Origin: Elusimicrobiales bacterium
GTDB taxonomy: Bacteria; Elusimicrobiota; Elusimicrobia; Elusimicrobiales; UBA9959
Length of the DNA: 27,494 nucleotides
Direction of reading: 5' to 3'
Assembly (NCBI GenBank): GCA_049972095.1
Contig: JBMFKQ010000023.1
Span: 1 to 27,494 of the forward strand
The position numbers and the translations under genes were made by a program. Positions 8,939 to 18,622 of the stretch are shown in pieces (position 1 is the stretch's first letter; each line of letters opens with the position of its first letter). Under the pieces are notes generated by a model. The model saw only the letters and a list, made by a program, of their open reading frames with translations, did no database searches and had not been told where the DNA came from.

Positions 8939-10538
8939 CGAAAAGGGTTATCTCTGCCTCGTTCTTCATGCACATCTGCCTTTCGTAAAACATCCAGAAT
9001 ATAGCGATTTTCTTGAAGAGGATTGGTTTTTTGAGGCAATGTGTGAGACATATATCCCACTTCTTGATGTTTATGAGAGATTGTCCAGTGAAGGGGTTGA
9101 TTTTAGGGTTACTATGTCTCTAACCCCACCACTGTGTAATATGATGGCAGATCCCTTGCTGAATGAGAGATTTAAAACCTATGTTTATAAGAGGATAGAG
9201 CTGTGCGAAAAAGAGATTTTTAGAACTAAGGATACTCCTTTTTACAAAACTGCTTGTATGTATCTGGAAAGGTTTAAAAGAATAAGAGAGCTCTATGAGG
9301 ATTATTACCACGGCAATGTTATAAATGGTTTTAAAAAGTTTCAGGATGCTGGAAAACTTGAGATAATAACCTGTTGTGCAACTCATGGTTTTCTTCCACT
9401 TCAAGTCAAGAGGGAAGCAGTAAATGCTCAGATTAAAATAGCAACAGATGATTACAAACAGAGATTTGGTCGGATGCCAAGGGGTGTATGGCTTAGTGAA
9501 TGTGCTTATAACCCGGGGGATGATTATTTTTTAAAAGATTATGGCATAAGGTTTTTCTTTCTTGAGACTCATGGAATACTATATGGCACACCAAGACCAA
9601 GGTATGGAGTTTATGCACCTGTTTATTGCCCAAGCGGTGTTGCTGCATTTGCAAGGGATATGGAGAGTGCTCATCAGGTGTGGAGTGCTGAGATGGGGTA
9701 TCCTGGGGATTATAGATACAGGGAGTTTTATAGAGATGTTGGTTATGACCTTGATTATGAATACATAAAGCCATACCTTCACTCTGATGGGATAAGGAGA
9801 AATGTTGGGATAAAGTATCATAAGATAACTGGAAAAGTCTCGTTAGGTGAAAAGCAGCCTTATGATCCGGATGATGCAAGAGAGGTTGCAGCAATTCACG
9901 CAGGCAATTTTATGTTCAATAGAGAAAGACAGGTTGAATATCTTTACAGCTTTCTTGGAAGGAAACCTGTTGTTGTTTCTATGTATGATGCTGAGCTTTT
10001 TGGACATTGGTGGTTTGAGGGCGTGTGGTTTTTGGAGTATCTTTTTAAAAAGATTTATTATGATCAAAAAAACATCAAGATGATAACACCTATTGAGTAT
10101 CTTCAAATATATCCAGATAATCAGATTGTTCAGCCAATAATGTCAAGCTGGGGGGATAAGGGTTATAATGAGGTTTGGCTTAATGGTTCAAACGACTGGA
10201 TATATCGTCATCTGCACAAAGCAACAGAAAGAATGATTAACCTTGCAAATAGGTTTTACAACACATCAGATCCTCTAATTATAAGAGCCTTGAAACAATG
10301 TGCAAGGGAGGTTGTTTTAGCCCAAAGCTCTGATTGGCCTTTTTTGATGACCGTTGGCACAGCAAAAATATATTCAACAAGAAGATTTATTACTCATATT
10401 CAAAGATTTACAAAGTTGTGGGAAGGGCTTGAGAGTGGAAGCATTGATGAAGGTTTTCTTGCTGACTGTGAGTGGAAGGATTCAATATTTGCTGATATAG
10501 ATTGGAAGGCATTTTCAACCTATAGCCTTAAAAATTAA
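8931..10538 (+). CDS. GH57 family 1,4-alpha-glucan branching enzyme (DUF1957)
   Basis: LVLHAHLPFV, EEDWFFEA..ETYIPL, ATHGFLPL, WLSECAY (nucleophile E), YDAELFGHWWFEG (acid/base D), AQSSDWPF. Confidence 0.93.
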   Translation: MNSEKGYLCLVLHAHLPFVKHPEYSDFLEEDWFFEAMCETYIPLLDVYERLSSEGVDFRVTMSLTPPLCNMMADPLLNERFKTYVYKRIELCEKEIFRTKDTPFYKTACMYLERFKRIRELYEDYYHGNVINGFKKFQDAGKLEIITCCATHGFLPLQVKREAVNAQIKIATDDYKQRFGRMPRGVWLSECAYNPGDDYFLKDYGIRFFFLETHGILYGTPRPRYGVYAPVYCPSGVAAFARDMESAHQVWSAEMGYPGDYRYREFYRDVGYDLDYEYIKPYLHSDGIRRNVGIKYHKITGKVSLGEKQPYDPDDAREVAAIHAGNFMFNRERQVEYLYSFLGRKPVVVSMYDAELFGHWWFEGVWFLEYLFKKIYYDQKNIKMITPIEYLQIYPDNQIVQPIMSSWGDKGYNEVWLNGSNDWIYRHLHKATERMINLANRFYNTSDPLIIRALKQCAREVVLAQSSDWPFLMTVGTAKIYSTRRFITHIQRFTKLWEGLESGSIDEGFLADCEWKDSIFADIDWKAFSTYSLKN

Positions 10539-10633
10539 GGGGTTATCTCCCTCACACTTCCAAGAGGATTTCTATTTCCTTTGGTGATTCAAATGGACTT
10601 TTATCCCTTTTGAGAAAGTCTTATACAAGTTTT

Positions 10634-11002
10634 TTATTCTTTTTCAAGTAGTGCTTTGACCTTTGCAAGAAGTATATCATTTTCAAAGGGTTTTGTGAGA
10701 TATTCATCGGCACCATACTCAAAACCCTGTATTTGGTCATTAACCATTGCTTTAACTGTAAGCATTATAACTGGAATGTCAAAAAGCTCTTCATCCTCTC
10801 TTATCTTGCTTAGAGTTTCAAATCCATTTAAATTTGGCATATTGACATCAAGTATTACAAGGTCATATTTTTCGATTTTAAGTTTTTCCAAACCATCCAC
10901 ACCATCCTTTGCAGTGTGAACCTCATATCCATTGTCTTCAAGAAGCTCTTTAACAAGATGTCTGAATATAACATCATCATCCACCACAAGAATCTTTTTC
11001 AT
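10634..11002 (-). CDS. Single-domain (CheY-like) response regulator receiver
   Basis: ILVVDDD, DLVILDVNMP, MLT, YLTKPF; all phospho-acceptor residues intact; GGAGG SD. Confidence 0.93.
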   Translation of the reverse strand: MKKILVVDDDVIFRHLVKELLEDNGYEVHTAKDGVDGLEKLKIEKYDLVILDVNMPNLNGFETLSKIREDEELFDIPVIMLTVKAMVNDQIQGFEYGADEYLTKPFENDILLAKVKALLEKE

Positions 11003-11020
11003 ACACCTTCCTCCAAGATG

Positions 11021-11716
11021 TTATTTTCCTTCATAAATATATCCTGTCCCCCATATGCTTTTTATCTTTGAAGCAAGTGGGGGAACGGCATCTTTTATCA
11101 TCTGTATGTGTTTGTCTATAATCTGCGGTGTTACTCTGTCAAGCTTCTCTGAATAAACTATTGATGCTATTTTATATCTTTCAACCTTTTTACCTTCATT
11201 TGATATCAGTATTGCAAGTATTGCAGTCTGTTTTTTTGTGAGCTTATAGTCTTTATTATCTACCGTGATTTTAAAATTTTCTGTATCAAGAATAGTACTT
11301 CCATCCAGAGATGTGATTTTTTGTTTTTTTGTTTTTTTAAACTCAGCTCTGAAAAGTGCTATTACCTTTGCAATTATAAGGTGAGGATCTTGAGTGCTAC
11401 TCATAACATCAACTGCCCCATTTATTATTATTTCATATATATCCGATACTGAGAGATTTGCGTTATGAAGAAATATAAATTTTACTGTTGGATATCTATC
11501 AATAAGTCTTATTATCTCATTCTTGCTTTCTTTTTTTATCTCATATATACTTACTGCAAATTCTTGCTGTGAGTTTATTTTTTCAAGCATATTTTTATAA
11601 TCAGTTTCAGTATTGAAAATAAAACCCTTTATACTTCTTATCTCAAGCAAAGAGGATATTTTTTCTGCTATATTTTTGTTGGTGAAGATTAATATATTCT
11701 TAAACAAAAATTTCAT
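11021..11716 (-). CDS. OmpR/PhoB-type transcriptional regulator with degenerate (pseudo-)receiver
   Basis: C-terminal winged helix (LTKKQTAILAIL...IDKHIQMIK...IKSIWGTGY); receiver-like N-terminus lacks the DD pair, the acceptor D and the conserved K. Confidence 0.75.
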   Translation of the reverse strand: MKFLFKNILIFTNKNIAEKISSLLEIRSIKGFIFNTETDYKNMLEKINSQQEFAVSIYEIKKESKNEIIRLIDRYPTVKFIFLHNANLSVSDIYEIIINGAVDVMSSTQDPHLIIAKVIALFRAEFKKTKKQKITSLDGSTILDTENFKITVDNKDYKLTKKQTAILAILISNEGKKVERYKIASIVYSEKLDRVTPQIIDKHIQMIKDAVPPLASKIKSIWGTGYIYEGK

Positions 11717-11771
11717 AAAAAATTCATCATTTTTTCATGATTTTTTACACTACTTATATTATACTATAAAT

Positions 11772-12818
11772 ATGAGATCAAAAATTTTCATCTATCTTCT
11801 CATTGTATCATTTCTCTGTGTGAGGAGAAATTACTGCTTTGTCTCATCTTCGTCTGATTATGAGCTTTTAAACTCTAACATACCAAACTCCTCCTCGATC
11901 TCACAAGGAAATAGTTTTTTTACAGAAGGCTGTTTGGGACAGAATATTGCAACTGATAATGTTAGAAAGAGTAGTGATTACGTAGTGAGAAATGGATTTT
12001 ACAACCCGGCTCATTTCCAGTTTCAAAAAAAACTTCCTGGAGTATATCAGTGGAGTGATGAGAGAAGTGTTGTGTTTGCTCAGGATTCTGTTGATCTTGA
12101 TAGGTTTGATATATTTTGGAGAGAAAAAGATATTACAGATGGAGATGATGTTGCACAGGCAACGAGAAAGATTTCAATGATAAAGGGTGTTGAAATACCA
12201 TCAGTTGAGTCTTTTGAGTTTGCTTGTTTTAATGAAGAGGATTTTACAACTAAATTTGCAAAACCAGCTAAGCTCAGAATTAAGGTTAGCGATACAGACG
12301 GGGATGGATATGTTGATGGTAGTAATAAGGTAAAACTTAAAACTCTTGAAGGTTATATTTATGACAGTGAATACAAACTCTGGGCAAAAGCATTTTCAAG
12401 CAGGGTGAGTTATTATGGAACTGTTGCATTTGTTGATTTTGAAACACTGTCAGGCGGATTATTTGCAATAATGGGTGATATTGATACAAGTGTTAAGGAT
12501 GTATATGCATTTCCAGTGCCATTTAGACCAAATGGTCCAAAAGCAGGTAAGTGTCCAGGATGTACAGGAACAGATGAAGATGGGATTGTTTTTTACAACA
12601 TTCCACAAAAGGGATACATAGAGATATACACTGTTGATGGAAGGATTGTTAAAAAACTTATCATTGATAATCCACCGGATAGCAAGATAAAGTGGGATAC
12701 AAAGAATGAGGAGGGGGAAAAAGCGGCAAGTGGCGTATATATATGGCGGGTTGTGTCTGAAAGCTACATGCCGGGTTATAAGAATACAAAGACAGGAAAA
12801 CTGGTAATAATAAGATAA
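11772..12818 (+). CDS. Secreted protein with FlgD-Ig / T9SS type-A-like C-terminal sorting domain
   Basis: Likely start ATG 11772 (MRSKIFIYLLIVSFLC signal); DTDGDGYVDG Ca-binding-like loop; VYAFPVPFRP...IEIYTVDGRIVK...KWDTKNEEG...ASGVYIW...KTGKLVIIR. Confidence 0.8.
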   Translation: MRSKIFIYLLIVSFLCVRRNYCFVSSSSDYELLNSNIPNSSSISQGNSFFTEGCLGQNIATDNVRKSSDYVVRNGFYNPAHFQFQKKLPGVYQWSDERSVVFAQDSVDLDRFDIFWREKDITDGDDVAQATRKISMIKGVEIPSVESFEFACFNEEDFTTKFAKPAKLRIKVSDTDGDGYVDGSNKVKLKTLEGYIYDSEYKLWAKAFSSRVSYYGTVAFVDFETLSGGLFAIMGDIDTSVKDVYAFPVPFRPNGPKAGKCPGCTGTDEDGIVFYNIPQKGYIEIYTVDGRIVKKLIIDNPPDSKIKWDTKNEEGEKAASGVYIWRVVSESYMPGYKNTKTGKLVIIR

Positions 12819-12828
12819 AGGAGGTAGT

Positions 12829-13719
12829 ATGGAAAGGATGAAATCGCTAATGATAGCGATCATCGTCACCTGCATAGCAGTTATGGTAAACACTGCTTAT
12901 GCAGAATACAACAGGGGTGCTAACAACTATGGAGACGATAATGGAACTGAGTTTGGCGCTCAGGATGACCTTGTTGTGCTTGGAACTCAAGGCAACTGGT
13001 TTGACCCTGATGTTGAGATATATGGTTTCACCATATTTGGCTCAACAGTGGGTGTGACACCCAAAATATCCCCATCAACTGGAAGTGTATTTATAGGCGG
13101 GAACCTGCAGGTTGAATCTACTGCATATATCAAAGGGCTTGAGATACCTCAGGCTGGTGACATATCAAGCCTTAAGTTTCCAGGAGGTACTGCAAGAAAG
13201 GTACTTAGAATGAGGTCAGATGGCTATGTGGAGTTTGCAGATCCAAATGATCTTGGGGTTGCTGGCGACAACCTTGGAAATCACATAGCCACAAAGACAC
13301 TTGATATGGCTGGGTATGATATAATCAATCTAAAAAATCTTCAGTTTGGAAATGCTAACCTTATTATATCAACTAACTCAGCAAACTTTGGTGGTGCGGG
13401 TTCTGCAGTTTATATATCAACAAATGTGGATGTAAAAGGAGAGATCCGTGTAGGCAGTGATGCAACAATCATCAGTAGTGCAACAATAGGTGGGACTCTT
13501 GGGGTCACCGGCGCAGTAACACTATCAAATAACCTTACTGTAAATGGAGATACTACTGTAAAGGGAAATACTACTATTGGTGATAATTCAACAAATACCC
13601 TCACAATAAAGCCCGCGGCTGTGAAGCTTGGAAACCTTTCTGAAGCTAATAGCAAAGTTGAATACAAAGATTCTGATGGTAATAAAACTGTTGCTTTTTT
13701 CATAAAGAAAGTAAGATAA
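12829..13719 (+). CDS. Secreted fibre/adhesin-like beta-repeat protein
   Basis: AAGGAGG SD; signal peptide ending AYA-E; GDNLGNHIAT motif; G/T/V-rich beta-helix-like repeats (GGTLGVTGAVTLSNNLTVNGDTTVKGNTTIG). Confidence 0.7.
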   Translation: MERMKSLMIAIIVTCIAVMVNTAYAEYNRGANNYGDDNGTEFGAQDDLVVLGTQGNWFDPDVEIYGFTIFGSTVGVTPKISPSTGSVFIGGNLQVESTAYIKGLEIPQAGDISSLKFPGGTARKVLRMRSDGYVEFADPNDLGVAGDNLGNHIATKTLDMAGYDIINLKNLQFGNANLIISTNSANFGGAGSAVYISTNVDVKGEIRVGSDATIISSATIGGTLGVTGAVTLSNNLTVNGDTTVKGNTTIGDNSTNTLTIKPAAVKLGNLSEANSKVEYKDSDGNKTVAFFIKKVR

Positions 13720-13747
13720 AGGTTGCTTTGAACCAAAAAAGGGAAGT

Positions 13748-15031
13748 ATGATTCTTAAAGGAATAAGAAGAGGATACAAGGCAGAAGCAAAATGGCTCAT
13801 CTTTAGCTTTATGCTCTTATTCTTTTCTCTATCTAACCTGTTAGCTGAGATACCTGTTAAGTTCATATACCAGGGAAATCTGAGAGAGAAGGGGATCCTT
13901 GTAAGTGGGATAAGGCAGATGCAGTTTAAGGTATATGATTCAACATCATCCTCAACACCACTGTGGGTTGGACCCGTAGTTGATGTTTCAATATCCACAG
14001 GGGTTTTTAGAGTTGTTGTTGAACCTTCTCTTTCAAGAGGTGATCTTAACAAGGTTCTTTATCTTGAGTTAACAGTTAATTCTCAGACATTATCACCAAG
14101 AGAGCAGATACTTCCATCAGTCTATGCAATTAACACACTTTATCATGAGGGCAAAAGGTATCATACTTCTTCATCCACCCCTTCTGATGCTAATGCGGGG
14201 GATCTGTGGTTTAATACAAATGAGAATATACTCTATTACTATACTGGAGCTCAGTGGATTGGTGTCTCAGTTTCGAGTTCTCCTTCACCACATCATCTAT
14301 CTCATGAGCCAGGTGGTGATGATCTCATAACAAGGCTCAGCACCATTACATTTGAAGGAAGCATAATAGTATCAAGCAATAGCTATATTACAACCACAGG
14401 AGGCATACTTAATGTCTCAACAAACACCACCATTACCGGATATATTAGTGTTTCATCATATGTTTATGCATCGGGTTTTTCAGGTGATGGTTTTCTTATA
14501 ACAAATATAAACGGAGCAAATATAAGGGATTCAACTATGCCTCCTTCGAAGCTTACGCCGTGTTCAAATGGTCAAACGCTTATTTATAACGGCTCTTCAT
14601 GGGTTTGTGGAAGTATAAGCTTAGTTGCTGAAACAGATCCCTGGTCAATTCATAATTATTTTATCACCTCAAGCTCACAGACTGCATCCTTCTGGGTTTC
14701 AAGTGGAACTGTTGAAAGTTTCTATGTTTTAAACAATCTTGATGTTTATCAGACAGCAAGATTCAACCCCTCTTCAAATGGACTTTTTATAACATCATCA
14801 GGAAATGTTGGAATAGGAGATCCAAATCCTTTGAATAAGCTTTCAATAAAGGGGGATGTGAATATTGACAGTGGTGGAAAGGATGCATTGACAATTACTC
14901 CATCAGCCAATGTTGGTATTGGAGTTGATAACCCATCTTCAAAGTTTGAGGTTGTTGGAGAGGATCAGCCAGGAATGATAACTGTTTATAAAGCAGGTGA
15001 TAAACGGATAGGATTTTTTAGAAGGAAATAA
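13748..15031 (+). CDS. Secreted phage-tail-fibre-like trimeric adhesin
   Basis: Signal peptide; IPVKFIYQGNL N-domain; GDLWFNT...LYYYTG..W, HHLSHEPGGDD and ETDP motifs; two NVGIG..NP..K repeats. Confidence 0.72.
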   Translation: MILKGIRRGYKAEAKWLIFSFMLLFFSLSNLLAEIPVKFIYQGNLREKGILVSGIRQMQFKVYDSTSSSTPLWVGPVVDVSISTGVFRVVVEPSLSRGDLNKVLYLELTVNSQTLSPREQILPSVYAINTLYHEGKRYHTSSSTPSDANAGDLWFNTNENILYYYTGAQWIGVSVSSSPSPHHLSHEPGGDDLITRLSTITFEGSIIVSSNSYITTTGGILNVSTNTTITGYISVSSYVYASGFSGDGFLITNINGANIRDSTMPPSKLTPCSNGQTLIYNGSSWVCGSISLVAETDPWSIHNYFITSSSQTASFWVSSGTVESFYVLNNLDVYQTARFNPSSNGLFITSSGNVGIGDPNPLNKLSIKGDVNIDSGGKDALTITPSANVGIGVDNPSSKFEVVGEDQPGMITVYKAGDKRIGFFRRK

Positions 15032-15085
15032 AATGCAACAAGATGAGGAACAAAGATTAAAATGGCTGTGAGTAAGGGATGAGCT

Positions 15086-16804
15086 ATGCGATGGGTAATA
15101 CCAAAACTAATTATCTATACCTTTCCTGTGTTAATACACCTGATTGTCAATACATCTCTTTTTGCTGGATCAGCTGGTGTAAGTGGAGCCTTGTTTTTGA
15201 ATTATTCTCCCTCTGCAAGGGCATCTGCCATGGCAAACTCCTTTTCAAGTGTTACTGATGATGTTTTTAGTATTTACTACAATCCTGCTGGACTTGTTAA
15301 TGTCGAGCAAGTTGAAATAGGAGCCTCGTATATAAAATCATTTGAGGATATGTCAAATCAATATCTTTCAGTTGCCTACCCTTATAAGCCCGGAAGGATT
15401 TTAGGCTTTGCCTTTCAGTCTTTTTCAAACGGTGATATTCAAGGCTATGATGCAATGGGTAGCCCAACAGGTAAGGTTGATACATCAAATAAGGCTGTTA
15501 CTTTTTCATACTCAAAGGCTTTTACAAAGGATGAGATAGAAAGAGCTGTTCTTGAAGGCGGTGTAAACCTTAAGTATATTTCCCAGACCCTTGATGGAGC
15601 AGGTGCTTCAACATTTGCGTTTGATGTTGGTGCTATATATAATATAAGGCCTGATAAATACTGGTTGAAAGATGTTCCGGCTCAAGAGGTTCGTCTTTCA
15701 GCTATGATAAAGAATTTTGGACCTCCTTTAAAGTTTGACAAAGAACCAGCACCACTTCCCTTTTCTTTTGTTTTTGGTGGTTCTTGGGTAAGTCATCCAT
15801 GGGGAAAACACAGGCTTGTCTTATCCCTTGATAATCTTATTTCCTACGATGACAAATATAAGCTTCTTTTTGGAGCTGAATATTTTCTTTTTCAACTTCT
15901 TTCAGTTAGATTTGGTTATGAAACATCAAAGAGTGTTGGAAGATCTGTTAGTTTTGGAGCGGGTTTTAGGCTTTCTTTTGTGGATATAGATTATTCCATT
16001 GGAGATTATGGGGATCTTGGTAATATGCATAAAATAAACATAGTTGTAAGATTTGGTGAAAAAAGACCCACTCAACCACTTATGGGAGAGGTTGCAAGAA
16101 TAAAGGAAGCAAAACAGATAGCACCTAAGGAAAAAATAGAAAAACTTGAGCTTTTTGCATCTGACTTTATAAAGCTTGCAGAGGATGATATAAATAAGGC
16201 TGATTATGTTTCTGCGATAGATCATATAAAAAAGGCTTTCAACCTTGAGCCTTCTTTTAAGAAAACTAAATGGGAAAAAATCCTTGAAAGGCTACAGAAG
16301 CTTGTCTCAGAACTGAAACTTGACACAACACCAAGAAAACTTGAGATAATCAAAGGTAATGATGAACAAGCAAAGCTTGCTCAAAATGTTATAAACGAAT
16401 GGCTTAACCTCAATGACAAAAAGGCATATCTCCTTGCTCATATAATGTATGGCACAAATCCAAAAGGCCCTACTGTTTTTGAAGAGCTTTTACAGTTTAT
16501 TGCCAAAGAATATGGATTTGCTTTAAGAACTGATGAGTTTCTTGCAAAAGAGGCATGGATAGTCTATAAACTCAAGAAATCAGCAAATTACTTTTATCTA
16601 AAGCAATACAATATGATTGTGGAAAACTGTTCAGAGATAATATTGATAGATCCTCAAAACTATGTGGCACTCACACGCCTTGGTTCTGCTTACTTTATGC
16701 TTGGGGACAAAGATAAGGCAAGATATTATTATGAAAAGGCTCTTGAAATAAATCCAAATGATGTGGTTACTATAGAGTTTATGAGAAAACAGGGGTGGAG
16801 ATAA
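15086..16804 (+). CDS. PorV/PorQ-like (FadL-superfamily) outer-membrane barrel with C-terminal TPR region
   Basis: GALFL...SARASAMANSF...DDVFSIYYNPAGL N-motif; barrel strands ending IDYS...DLGNMHKI; TPR ALTRLGSAYFMLGDKDKARYYYEKALEINP. Confidence 0.82.
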   Translation: MRWVIPKLIIYTFPVLIHLIVNTSLFAGSAGVSGALFLNYSPSARASAMANSFSSVTDDVFSIYYNPAGLVNVEQVEIGASYIKSFEDMSNQYLSVAYPYKPGRILGFAFQSFSNGDIQGYDAMGSPTGKVDTSNKAVTFSYSKAFTKDEIERAVLEGGVNLKYISQTLDGAGASTFAFDVGAIYNIRPDKYWLKDVPAQEVRLSAMIKNFGPPLKFDKEPAPLPFSFVFGGSWVSHPWGKHRLVLSLDNLISYDDKYKLLFGAEYFLFQLLSVRFGYETSKSVGRSVSFGAGFRLSFVDIDYSIGDYGDLGNMHKINIVVRFGEKRPTQPLMGEVARIKEAKQIAPKEKIEKLELFASDFIKLAEDDINKADYVSAIDHIKKAFNLEPSFKKTKWEKILERLQKLVSELKLDTTPRKLEIIKGNDEQAKLAQNVINEWLNLNDKKAYLLAHIMYGTNPKGPTVFEELLQFIAKEYGFALRTDEFLAKEAWIVYKLKKSANYFYLKQYNMIVENCSEIILIDPQNYVALTRLGSAYFMLGDKDKARYYYEKALEINPNDVVTIEFMRKQGWR

Positions 16805-16865
16805 ATGGGATTAAAGGCGAGGGTGCAATAAGAAGATAATTGGATCTAATGTGAAGGAGCGAAGA

Positions 16866-17810
16866 ATGGAGTTTCTTGTGGTAATAGGTGTTCCGGCAAT
16901 ACTTCTTCTTCTTGTGGCTGCTTTTTTGATTGTGAGTCAGACAACGGCGTTTGTCCAATCAACATTTTTTTCTCAAAGGCAGAGGTTTACAAATCAGATT
17001 ATACAGCAGTATATAAATCAGATTGCACTTGCTCAATCTCAAATATATCAAAAATCTAAACAGCTCGAGGATCTCTCTAAAAAGCTTATAATGTCAAACC
17101 AGGAGCTTGAGAGATTAAACGAGATGAAATCAAAGTTTCTTTCAATGGTTGTTCATGATGTAAGAACACCACTTTCTTCAATAAAGGGTTTCAGCGAACT
17201 CGTCTTAAAAAAGGTTGATGATCCAAGGCTTAAAGACTATACAAAAAACATTGTTCTTGCCTCAGAACAGCTTGGAAGGCTTATTAGTGACCTTACAGAT
17301 CTTGCAATGATTGAAGCAGGAAAGCTAAAGATAGAGAAAAAGGAGTTCTACTATCCTGATGCACTTATTGATATTCTTCCTTCAATGAAAATAAATGCTG
17401 AAAAAAAGGGTGTTAATCTTATTGTTGGTGAGATTCCTGAAAACTGCTATGTTGTAGGTGATAAATTTAGATTATCTCAGGTTATTATGAACCTTTTAAA
17501 TAATGCAATAAAATTCACCCCACCTGGTAAGAGTGTTGAGATATTTTTCAAAAGAGAAGGAAATTTTATCTTAACGGTTGTAAGAGATGAGGGCATAGGT
17601 ATTCATAAAAGCGAGATTAAAAAGATCTTTGAAAAATTTTATCAGGCGAAATATCAGAAGGATGAGAAGCTTAAGAAACAGGGATGGGGACTTGGCCTTT
17701 CAATTGCTCAAGAGATAGTAAGACAACATAATGGTGAGATATGGGCCCAAAGTGCGGGGCTTGGAAAAGGCTCAACTTTTGTATTCAAAGTAAAGGCAAT
17801 CTTTAAATGA
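16866..17810 (+). CDS. Membrane-anchored histidine kinase (HisKA + HATPase_c) without an extracellular sensor domain
   Basis: One N-terminal TM, coiled coil, H-box VVHDVRTPL, N-box NLLNNAIKF, G1 DEGIGI, F-box IFEKF, G2 GWGLGL; AAGGAG SD favours ATG 16866. Confidence 0.93.
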   Translation: MEFLVVIGVPAILLLLVAAFLIVSQTTAFVQSTFFSQRQRFTNQIIQQYINQIALAQSQIYQKSKQLEDLSKKLIMSNQELERLNEMKSKFLSMVVHDVRTPLSSIKGFSELVLKKVDDPRLKDYTKNIVLASEQLGRLISDLTDLAMIEAGKLKIEKKEFYYPDALIDILPSMKINAEKKGVNLIVGEIPENCYVVGDKFRLSQVIMNLLNNAIKFTPPGKSVEIFFKREGNFILTVVRDEGIGIHKSEIKKIFEKFYQAKYQKDEKLKKQGWGLGLSIAQEIVRQHNGEIWAQSAGLGKGSTFVFKVKAIFK

Positions 17811-17863
17811 TTTTTAATATTAAAGAAAAAAAATTGTAATATAATTTATGATATGATATAGGT

Positions 17864-18613
17864 ATGAAAATAGATAAAACAACACTGATTGGGATATTAA
17901 TGTTTGTTGGAGTTATAGGATATAGTTATGTTGCAGGAGATCTTCCTCGTGTAATTTTTAATCTTCATGCATTTCTTGTTGTTATAGGGGGAACTTTGAT
18001 AGCGACATTCATCAGCACTCCTTACCGATACCTTAAAAAAACATTGACTTATTCTTATCTCTTTTTGAAAGAGGGAGATGAGTCAAAGCCTCAAGAAACA
18101 ATTTCATATATAGTTGAGATAAGTGATAATGTGAGAAAGCAGGGATTTAGAGCTTTGAGGGATGTAGATCCAAATATCGCAAATGGTTTTGTTAAAAGGG
18201 TGAGTGATGCAATAGTTGAATATGCAGATATGCAGTTTATAAAAAGTGTTATGGAACAGGAGATTAATAATAATTTTGATGAGATAAATGAGGTTTCAAA
18301 TGTGTGGAGGGTTATGGCAGTTCTTGCTCCGATGTTTGGACTTGTTGGGACTCTTATTGGAATAATAGGGGTTCTTAAGGAGATATCAAATCCTGAAATG
18401 GTAGGACCTTCAATGAGTGTTGCAATAACATCAGCATTTTATGGCATATTTCTTTCAAATGTGATTTTTACTCCAATTGCAAATAAGATAAGAACAAGGG
18501 CGATAATGCATCTTAAATTCAAAGCAATGGTACTTGATGGGATGCTGGAAATAATGAAAGGGTCTGTTGGGTTGATGATTGAAAGAAAGCTTAAATCTTA
18601 TATTGATATGTAA
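17864..18613 (+). CDS. motA: Flagellar-type stator A subunit (MotA/PomA family)
   Basis: D.TTLIG, AFLVVIGGT, cytoplasmic RKQG loop, APMFGLVGTLIGII, GPSMSVAITSAFYG...PIANK; 4-TM layout. Confidence 0.9.
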   Translation: MKIDKTTLIGILMFVGVIGYSYVAGDLPRVIFNLHAFLVVIGGTLIATFISTPYRYLKKTLTYSYLFLKEGDESKPQETISYIVEISDNVRKQGFRALRDVDPNIANGFVKRVSDAIVEYADMQFIKSVMEQEINNNFDEINEVSNVWRVMAVLAPMFGLVGTLIGIIGVLKEISNPEMVGPSMSVAITSAFYGIFLSNVIFTPIANKIRTRAIMHLKFKAMVLDGMLEIMKGSVGLMIERKLKSYIDM

Positions 18614-18622
18614 GATGGTTAT

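Noticed and set aside
10596..10620. GACTTT...AAAGTC hairpin between convergent genes as a terminator
   Set aside because: Short, bulged stem with no adjacent U-tract; too weak to call
11613..11771. N-terminal extension of the 401-aa ORF
   Set aside because: Overlaps the opposite-strand regulator; the signal peptide begins at ATG 11772
12829..15031. Prophage tail-fibre module
   Set aside because: Both proteins carry Sec signal peptides; no capsid, terminase, baseplate or integrase genes in the window
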